The notes below the pieces were generated by a model. It saw nothing but the letters and a program-made list of their open reading frames with translations. It did not search any database and was not told where the DNA came from. This document shows, in pieces, positions 1 through 6,427 of a DNA stretch of 11,716 bases. How positions within the stretch are numbered: the first letter of the stretch is position 1; each line of letters opens with the position of its first letter. The position numbers and the translations under genes were made by a program. This stretch comes from Chlamydiia bacterium (GTDB taxonomy: Bacteria; Chlamydiota; Chlamydiia; Chlamydiales; RGXB01), in contig JBEIFH010000029.1 of NCBI GenBank assembly GCA_040382515.1, positions 1 through 11,716 of the forward strand. Direction: 5' to 3'.

Positions 1-542
1 CCTTTGTTGCTATTATATTCCTCCACATCCTCTTTTGTGTAAAACCAAACTACCCCCCCCTCATCTATTTGTCTCTCATGTGGATGCGGTATTGCGTCGC
101 TCGTTTTACTCCGTACGCCACATGGAATGCGAACTTCTGGCATTTCATGCTGACCTGGGAGGACTATCTCCTCCGAAAGAGTTTTTACCGGTTTATCAGC
201 GGTAGCATTAAAGTATTTTTGAGATCCCCTCACGAGTGAAAACAGAGTGGCTCCTGCTACAAGACCTATGCCAATCGACTTTCCTATGGGCGCATCGTTT
301 AAGAAGCCGACACAAAAAGCCCCTAAACCGGTGAGTACGCAAACACCAGGCCATTTTCTTGATGAGGTAGGAGTGACTTGAAGCGGTTGATTTGAGTTTA
401 CTATCACCTTGGGTAGTTTGTTTACTAAATCTTTGTATTCGGTATTATCAATCGTGAGGGCTGCTGCATCAAATACCCCTTTAGCGCCACCCCCTGTGCT
501 GAAGGATGGGCTTCTTTGGTGAGGTGGTTGAAGGGAGAACAT
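1..542 (-). CDS. Partial CDS (runs off the left edge): putative membrane or Inc-like protein with a bilobed hydrophobic segment
   Basis: Translated by hand. ATG at 542-540 opens 180 uninterrupted codons to the window edge: MFSLQPPHQRSPSFSTGGG...WPGVCVLTGLGAFCVGFL-NDAP-IGKSIGIGLVAGATLFSLV...DEGGVVWFYTKEDVEEYNSNK. An SD-like AAGG lies about 8 nt upstream. It is absent from the ORF track because no stop codon falls inside the window. Confidence 0.8.
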   Translation of the reverse strand, partial: MFSLQPPHQRSPSFSTGGGAKGVFDAAALTIDNTEYKDLVNKLPKVIVNSNQPLQVTPTSSRKWPGVCVLTGLGAFCVGFLNDAPIGKSIGIGLVAGATLFSLVRGSQKYFNATADKPVKTLSEEIVLPGQHEMPEVRIPCGVRSKTSDAIPHPHERQIDEGGVVWFYTKEDVEEYNSNK

Positions 543-573
543 AATAAAACCTTATTTATCTTTCGAAGATGAA

Positions 574-603
574 ATTGTAACAATTTATTATTAATTATTA
601 CAA
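574..603 (-). promoter_or_regulatory. Putative sigma70/sigma66-type promoter for the <1-542 gene
   Basis: The minus strand reads TTGTAA (603-598), 18 nt, then TACAAT (579-574). A TG extended -10 motif and an upstream A-tract are present. Confidence 0.5.
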
Positions 604-675
604 TTTTTTTTACTTATGAAAATGAGACTTTAAGACCTAACCCCCTATAGATGTGATGATTACGGAATTTTTACT

Positions 676-744
676 GGGGAAGTTTTTTTTTTAACGACTG
701 CCCGGTTGTCAATTGAAGCGACTTGTTGAAAAAAGAGCTTACCC
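676..744. other. Long imperfect stem-loop just beyond the 3' end of the MFS gene (terminator or structured element)
   Basis: GGGGAAGTTTTTTTTTTAAC (676-695) pairs with GTTGAAAAAAGAGCTTACCC (725-744). Read as plus-strand RNA, this gives 16 Watson-Crick pairs, 3 G-U pairs and 1 mismatch. Confidence 0.6.
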
Positions 745-760
745 GATGCAGCTTAGCAGA

Positions 761-1975
761 TTAGGCCTCTTGACGGGGGCTTTTGAGGAAAAGGAGCCAG
801 ACGGCGCTTAATGCGGCGAAGAGGACAGAAAAAAGGATGGGTGAAATATAGCTGATGTTTGCAATCACCCCGCATATGATAGCGCTGACAGCTTCGGAGA
901 GGACGATACATGATTGGTTGAGCCCTAGGGCAACCCCCTGATCTTCAGGGCTTACCGAGTCGGAGACCAGTATGGCAGCATACGTTGTCCCTACGGCTAT
1001 GAAAAAACTTGGTGGGATAAGGGAAAAAAGGAGATTGAAGGTGGAGTTGCTAATCAGGACAAAAAAGATGGAAAGGGACAAAAGGACTCCTGCCATTTGG
1101 GTCGTCCTTTTATTGCTCAAACGGGCGCTGATCGAGCGGTAGAATAAAGGGGCGAAGCAAAAGGGGATAGAGGTATACCCCTCAAAAAGGGCTATGACTG
1201 AGGGGGAATAATGGAATTTCTTGATAAGCAGGAGGGGGAGAAAGCTGAAAAAAGCGGTGAAAGAGAGGTAGAAAAAGGTGGCCCCTATGAAAATATGGAG
1301 CAATTGGGGGGAGGGGGCACTCTGCAATTTTTTTGAGAGGGTCCCTTTAGAGATGTCGGGGAGAGTCTCTACAAAAAAGAGCATGACAAGTGCCAGGGTG
1401 ATGAAGGAGATAAAACTAGCTAGCCAAAATGGGGTGGCGAAATTGAACCAAGAGACAATGTCGGAGTTGATCACGGCAGCCCCTATAAAGGGGCCTACCA
1501 TCCAACCGAGATTGGAGAAGGTGATCACCCACCCAAAATTGAAGGTTTTTTCGCTATTGGTTTCGGATATGTCGGCCATCGAGGCGGTTGCAATCACAAC
1601 ATTTCCCTCAAAAAGACCCGTTAAAAAGCGGCTGATAAATAAAAGGTAGGGAAGTTTATAGGTTATCGCTAGCCCCCCTAAAAGGTAAGTGGGGATGACG
1701 GGAAATAGGGTGTAAATCAGGATATTGCGTCGACCTAACCGATCGGAGAGTTTTCCCAGAATCGGGGAGCCGATTAATTGACCCAGGGGAAAACAGGCGA
1801 TCAAAAGCCCGACAAGCAAATAGCGGCTTGATTCGCTCACTGTGGGATCGAGAAGGGTGTCGCCAGAAATGAGCAGGGGGGTAAGTATAGGCAAAACCAT
1901 AGAGTAGCCCGTATAGCCCATCAGCAAGACAATTGCGATCGTAAAAAGCTGCAAATAGTGTTTATGGCGATGCAA
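761..1975 (-). CDS. MFS transporter, TetA/DHA1-like drug:H+ antiporter family
   Basis: 404 aa with about 12 hydrophobic segments. Motif A (GKLSDRLGRR), a TM4 Arg motif (SRFLTG) and motif C-like LGWMVGPFIG are present. The TTG start is preceded by SD-like AGGGA; the exact start is uncertain. Confidence 0.9.
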   Translation of the reverse strand: MHRHKHYLQLFTIAIVLLMGYTGYSMVLPILTPLLISGDTLLDPTVSESSRYLLVGLLIACFPLGQLIGSPILGKLSDRLGRRNILIYTLFPVIPTYLLGGLAITYKLPYLLFISRFLTGLFEGNVVIATASMADISETNSEKTFNFGWVITFSNLGWMVGPFIGAAVINSDIVSWFNFATPFWLASFISFITLALVMLFFVETLPDISKGTLSKKLQSAPSPQLLHIFIGATFFYLSFTAFFSFLPLLLIKKFHYSPSVIALFEGYTSIPFCFAPLFYRSISARLSNKRTTQMAGVLLSLSIFFVLISNSTFNLLFSLIPPSFFIAVGTTYAAILVSDSVSPEDQGVALGLNQSCIVLSEAVSAIICGVIANISYISPILFSVLFAALSAVWLLFLKSPRQEA

Positions 1976-2142
1976 AGCCTATCCCTATCTTTTGAATGTA
2001 GATTTTTGGTGTTTTTGTAAATTTAGACAAAAAAAATCACCTTAGCCAACAACTGAGATATAAAAGAATAGAGTTCTTGTGGCAAACATTTTGTTTTCTT
2101 TTTTTTAAAAAGAATTTCCTTTAGAGTAGATGCCCTAGACTT

Positions 2143-2568
2143 ATGACGACAAAACTAACCATTGACAACCTGGATGTATCGCACTCGACAAGTTTTGAGG
2201 AAATGCACGATGCACGCAGCTCTTTTGCGAGCTACGTTCCACCAATAAATCCGCTCAGCTCCCCTATAAGTTCACCAACATTTTACTCGCATCTGGACCG
2301 TCTGTTTGGAATCCAGTCACTCTTTAAAGTGTTTAGCGGATTCACTCTGCCGAAAGCTTTTGCGCGGATCCGCTTTATGTTTTACCACCGGATGATTGCA
2401 AAGCTTTGCCCAACGGCTTGTATGGAGTGTGTAAAAAAAGAAATGGACCTGAATCCCGATCTAGGGCGGGAGGCCGAATCGTTGCTGTTGTGTTTTTCAG
2501 AGCTGCAAAACCTTGAGGCGCTGCTACAACAAATCACAATCCGGATCCGCTCCCATCAAAAACCTTGA
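2143..2568 (+). CDS. Hypothetical protein, possibly a divergent CT273/DUF5399-like chlamydial protein
   Basis: 141-aa ORF with ATG start following an AT-rich intergenic region. The TIDNLDVS N-terminus, the central F..P..F..F motif and the amphipathic C-terminal helix recall the CT273-like family. This is from memory and was not searched. Confidence 0.7.
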   Translation: MTTKLTIDNLDVSHSTSFEEMHDARSSFASYVPPINPLSSPISSPTFYSHLDRLFGIQSLFKVFSGFTLPKAFARIRFMFYHRMIAKLCPTACMECVKKEMDLNPDLGREAESLLLCFSELQNLEALLQQITIRIRSHQKP

Positions 2569-2855
2569 GGCGCTGGTGCAACAAATCGGGATCCGTTCCC
2601 ATAAAAACCTTGAAGGGCTGCTACTACAGATCGGGATCCATTCCCATCAAAAGCCTTGAGGGGCTGCTACAACAGATCACAATCGGGATCCATTCCCATC
2701 AAAAGCCTTGAGGCGCTGCTACAACAGATAACAATCGGGATCCATTCCCATCAAAAGCCTTGAGGGGCTGCTGCAACAAATCGGGATCCGTTCCCGTCAA
2801 AAACCTTGAGGGGCTGCTACAACAAATCCGGATCCGTTCCCATCAAAAGCCTTAA
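2507..2855 (+). repeat. Tandem array of 7 variant 45-52 bp units copied from the 3' end of the 2143-2568 gene
   Basis: Units start with CCTTGA at 2511, 2563, 2608, 2654, 2706, 2758 and 2804 (lengths 52, 45, 46, 52, 52, 46, 46). The array ends at CCTTAA (2850-2855). Consensus: CCTTGAGG(C/G)GCTGCTACAACA(A/G)ATC[ACAATC](C/G)GGATCC(G/A)TTCCCATCAAAA(A/G). Confidence 0.97.
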
Positions 2856-2859
2856 ATTG

Positions 2860-2990
2860 ACCTGTTTTGAGACCCGCCGGGATTGAGAAGATGGGTTTTA
2901 AATGCGGTTCTTTAGTGAGGTGGAGTGAGGCGGCAACGAGCAGAGCGTCTCGAGAGGTTGCGTGTAACATCTAAAGATATGTCGAGGGGT
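2860..2990. repeat. Structured intergenic segment; candidate degenerate palindromic (REP/RPE-like) element or bidirectional terminator
   Basis: Relatively GC-rich segment between convergent genes with several stems: TTTGAGACCC (2866-2875)/GGGTTTTAAA (2893-2902), CTTTAG (2910-2915)/CTAAAG (2971-2976), GCAAC (2933-2937)/GTTGC (2957-2961) and CGAG/CTCG. Confidence 0.35.
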
Positions 2991-2998
2991 ATTTCTTT

Positions 2999-4339
2999 TT
3001 AAAAAGGGGCCGTTTCAACAGAATTTGACTGACAGGGCTTTATAAAATAGCTCGCATCGACAAGTTGCGGGCGCACGAAAATAAGAATACTTCTTTTTTC
3101 CTCTTTTTCCTCCGTACGGTTGAAAAGGGCGCCGATGTAGGGGAGACCCCCTAAGCAGGGGATGCCTGAGGTGCGCTGTATTTTTGAATTTCTCGCCATC
3201 CCGCTCAAAACTAAAAAATGGGCGTTTGGAACATGGGCGGAGGTGGACATGTTTGTTTTAGTTGTTTGAATCCCGCTGAGCTGGTGGTCGCTATGGTGTG
3301 ATAAAGCCTCCGAGATCTCTTCAACAATATGCAGGGTGATCATATTGTCCTCACCTATGAGCGGGGTAATCAGAAGGCTCACCCCGACATCCTTATAGTC
3401 TATGTTTGCTGTTGTTTGCTGCGCTTGACCTGTCGTGGAAATAGTAGAGCCGGTGAAGGGGAGGTTGTCGCCTACGAAAATTTTGGAGGGTTTATTATCT
3501 TGTGCAATCACTTTTTGGTTGAGGACGATGCGCACGTCGGAGTCTTGTTGCAGTGCGGATACCAAAGAAGATAAACAAAGATAGCTCTCTCCTTTGTGTC
3601 GAATCAGATCTCCGATAATTCCCAGATTCAGTCCAAAGGGGCTTTTGGGAGCTAAAGTTTGTGCTAGTGTCTGGGTCAGCGGAAGCTTTTTGGTCTCAAA
3701 GCTCCAATCCAAGCCGAAATCCAACCCTTTACGCATGTTGGTGTCGATGACAAGGATCTCGATAAAAACCTGTTTTAGGGGAACATCCAACCTTTTAATG
3801 AGAGCTTCAACTTCTCGATGGACACTCTCCTGAGCAGAATAGACGATTGAGTTTGTAGATTTGACCCATTGTGTCGACTCGAGCGCTTTTTTCAGGAGCT
3901 CTTGCTCCTGGTTCAACCCTACGGATGCCTGCTTGATCGCCTCAATCACCTCCGATCCGGGGTGAAATTGTAGTTTCACAATCTGAAATTGGGGTGTAAC
4001 GGCCCCTTTGACCTCTTTTAGATCCGGCGCCTGTTTTTTCAGGATATGAAAGACGGACCCTTTTTTCTCCAAAATAAGGTCGTGGTTTAGGAGTATTTGC
4101 TCAAAATGTCCCAAGATCTCCTCTTGAGCCAATTTTTTGTGACAGACAAAATGGATTCTGTGTTTTCCAATATCCTCTTTAAATATGAAATTCGTGTGGA
4201 GAATTTTTCCTAAAAACTGAGACAGCTCTTTAAGTTCTATGATATCGAAGTTTATAAATATCCCCTTCTCTTCATTTTGTGAGGAGATCAAGGGAGAACT
4301 GAATAAGGTTAAGATTAGAACTAGGATCCATTTCATCAT
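2999..4339 (-). CDS. Secretin (GspD/SctC superfamily outer-membrane ring protein), short CdsC-like paralogue
   Basis: Sec signal peptide, an N0-like domain (INFDIIELKELSQFLGKIL), and one N3-like repeat ending in LIKRLDVPLKQVFIEILVI. The secretin core motifs IDYKDVGVSLLITP, FLVLSG, GIPCLGGLPYIGALF and SILIFVRPQLV are present. Confidence 0.92.
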   Translation of the reverse strand: MMKWILVLILTLFSSPLISSQNEEKGIFINFDIIELKELSQFLGKILHTNFIFKEDIGKHRIHFVCHKKLAQEEILGHFEQILLNHDLILEKKGSVFHILKKQAPDLKEVKGAVTPQFQIVKLQFHPGSEVIEAIKQASVGLNQEQELLKKALESTQWVKSTNSIVYSAQESVHREVEALIKRLDVPLKQVFIEILVIDTNMRKGLDFGLDWSFETKKLPLTQTLAQTLAPKSPFGLNLGIIGDLIRHKGESYLCLSSLVSALQQDSDVRIVLNQKVIAQDNKPSKIFVGDNLPFTGSTISTTGQAQQTTANIDYKDVGVSLLITPLIGEDNMITLHIVEEISEALSHHSDHQLSGIQTTKTNMSTSAHVPNAHFLVLSGMARNSKIQRTSGIPCLGGLPYIGALFNRTEEKEEKRSILIFVRPQLVDASYFIKPCQSNSVETAPF

Positions 4340-4489
4340 GTACGATTCGCTTTAGAAGCGTAAATAATAACAAAAAAAACAGTTATCTTCGAGGTTTATT
4401 TTAAGCTTATGTTAGAATCAACAGATGACAAATTTTAAGAGAGGCGGCAACATAAAAAATGCTGGGGTCTGGTCAAAAGGGATGGATCG

Positions 4490-6427
4490 TTATGCCATCT
4501 CGAGCGCAAGTTGCTGCTTTTGCTCATCGATCCACTGGAAAAAACAGTCCCGAATCTGTTGGATGATCTCTTCTTCAAAATGACGAAGGATCAACCCGAT
4601 CGCACTGATTCCATACTGCTCAAAATGGGTCATCGCTAGCTGCGACGAGGGTATCTTCAGTTTCTCTAAGCTAGCCTTAAAGCGGGTTTTAAAATGGGTA
4701 TCGGTTGTTGCTAATCCGATGATTAGGGTATCCCCAAAGACCTGGTGCTCGAAAAAGCCGTTTTCACAGGAGAGGTCGGTAGCTTTTGTCAGCAGCAAAA
4801 AAAGACGCTTCAAAATCGTAGGCTGGAGGACGCCCTGCATGTAACTTGGGGTGATTGCATGAAAAAAGCGCTCCAAAAGGACTTCCGAACCGATCGTGTA
4901 GGGTTTGATAAGCTTCTTGAAGTCGAGTAAAATTTCGCTTTTTTTCAATATGAGACCCCCATTGTAATCCCTAAACGGCCCAATCAATTCTAAAAGGCGC
5001 ATGGAGGCTGCTTTTCTAGCATCGAAAAGGTCGATAGAGCGGTCTTTACGGATAAAGGGGGCTTTGTCAATCGTAAGTTCGAACACAAACGCCTCTTTGG
5101 GATATTTAGAGCGCAAGTTTCCCATCATCCTCTTTTCAATATTTTCAATAGGAATATTCAAGCTGTGCCCCCGATTCAGCGCGACGATGATCGTTGTGAA
5201 GCTCAAGGTATGCGGCGTCTGCTTGTAGAAGTTCAGCATCACCTGAGGAATATCATCGACATACTTCAATTCTTTGCTCAAAAGGATCATGTGCTTCATC
5301 ACCTCCTCTTCATTTCGGGGCATGAAGATAGGGAGAACCGGCCTGAAAACTTTTTCATCGATTTCAAAGGGGAGCTTTTTCTTGAGATTATTCAAGGTGC
5401 TTTTTCCAAATTCACCCTCTTTTGCAATTTCGATATATAAACTTTTGACCCCCTCTTGAGGTCTAAAATAGCTAAAGCTTGAGCCGGGTACAAATTTACA
5501 TTCGGGAAGGATCGTATGTACCGAATCAAAAAGTCCGTTGCAATCGATGTTTTCAGAAGGAGATTTGAATCGGATAACCGCTAGAATCCCCAGACTATGG
5601 ACAAATTCATCTCGCTTATGTGGGGGGTTAAGGAATTTTATTTCCAGTTGCAGCGATGTGTCCCTCTCTTTCAAAAGACATGTTTTTCTTAAAAGGTAAC
5701 TTTGTGCCAAAAGACGACTGATAAAATTGTTCGAGCGCTCTAATAAGAAATCCTCCCTCATAGAAAAAATAAGTTGCTGGAGCTCTTGGAAAATTTCCCG
5801 GGAGAATACGTCGGGGGAGATTTTATTGGTTGCAAGAATTTGCCGGGTAAGTTCAGTCAGATGTTCACTCTCTTTATTTGTCCCTAACAGGGTGTGGATT
5901 CCCTCTGTCCCATGCGCTTTGACCGTATCTTTCATCGTCTCATGGATGTAACGGTTTTTTTCTTCAAGAGAGAGGGGGGTGGACTGGAAGATATCACGTA
6001 AATAGCGGACCGCTTCGATATTAAGGCCAATCTCTTTGGGGAGGTCACGAAGCGTTTTAAGGGCAATTTTTAAATCCTCCTCGGTTTTGAGGCGCGCGTA
6101 TACTTTATGTAGAAAATATCCTTCGTTATCAATCCCGTCGATTTTAAAAGCCATCGAGAATGAGGAGCTGAGATTGACAAGCTTTCCTGGGACCAGCGAG
6201 CGGGAGCAGACGTCATTCATGTAGCGTCCCACACCTAGTGTATTTTCTTGGGAGCAAACAAGGACAATTCCTAAAGTCAGCCCATTATTGGTCCAAACAA
6301 CTTTGCTCTCTACGTGCTTAGGCAATTGGTCAGGGTAGACTTCCTCTAAAGCCGCTTTTACCGATTCTAGGTGATGGTAAAGCCCGGGGTCAAAAGCAGG
6401 AAGATCAAATGAAGGGATAATTTTCAT
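4490..6427 (-). CDS. Hypothetical soluble protein of unknown function, coupled to the upstream OppA
   Basis: 645-aa ORF with an AGGAGG SD. Its start overlaps the OppA stop as ATGA (6427-6424). No signal peptide or clear transmembrane helix. Distinctive motifs: PIFMPRNEEE, LKYVDDIPQV, RDYNGG. Confidence 0.85.
   Translation of the reverse strand: MKIIPSFDLPAFDPGLYHHLESVKAALEEVYPDQLPKHVESKVVWTNNGLTLGIVLVCSQENTLGVGRYMNDVCSRSLVPGKLVNLSSSFSMAFKIDGIDNEGYFLHKVYARLKTEEDLKIALKTLRDLPKEIGLNIEAVRYLRDIFQSTPLSLEEKNRYIHETMKDTVKAHGTEGIHTLLGTNKESEHLTELTRQILATNKISPDVFSREIFQELQQLIFSMREDFLLERSNNFISRLLAQSYLLRKTCLLKERDTSLQLEIKFLNPPHKRDEFVHSLGILAVIRFKSPSENIDCNGLFDSVHTILPECKFVPGSSFSYFRPQEGVKSLYIEIAKEGEFGKSTLNNLKKKLPFEIDEKVFRPVLPIFMPRNEEEVMKHMILLSKELKYVDDIPQVMLNFYKQTPHTLSFTTIIVALNRGHSLNIPIENIEKRMMGNLRSKYPKEAFVFELTIDKAPFIRKDRSIDLFDARKAASMRLLELIGPFRDYNGGLILKKSEILLDFKKLIKPYTIGSEVLLERFFHAITPSYMQGVLQPTILKRLFLLLTKATDLSCENGFFEHQVFGDTLIIGLATTDTHFKTRFKASLEKLKIPSSQLAMTHFEQYGISAIGLILRHFEEEIIQQIRDCFFQWIDEQKQQLALEMA

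Noticed and set aside
53..60. C8 (G8 on the coding strand) homopolymer as a phase-variation switch
   Set aside because: It is in frame (Glu-Gly-Gly-Val), borderline in length, and homopolymer runs are common throughout this window. There is no read-level evidence of variation.
761..1975. Calling the MFS gene tetA or an acquired resistance gene
   Set aside because: The resemblance is only at family level. There is no tetR or mobile element nearby, and the substrate cannot be inferred.
2507..2855. CRISPR array interpretation of the ~50-bp periodic repeat
   Set aside because: There are no unique spacers. The units are similar along their whole length, derive from the adjacent coding sequence, and have no cas genes nearby.
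2507..2855. Diversity-generating retroelement (VR/TR pair)
   Set aside because: The differences are not adenine-specific (C/G, C/T and indels occur), there are 7 head-to-tail copies, and no reverse transcriptase is present in the window.
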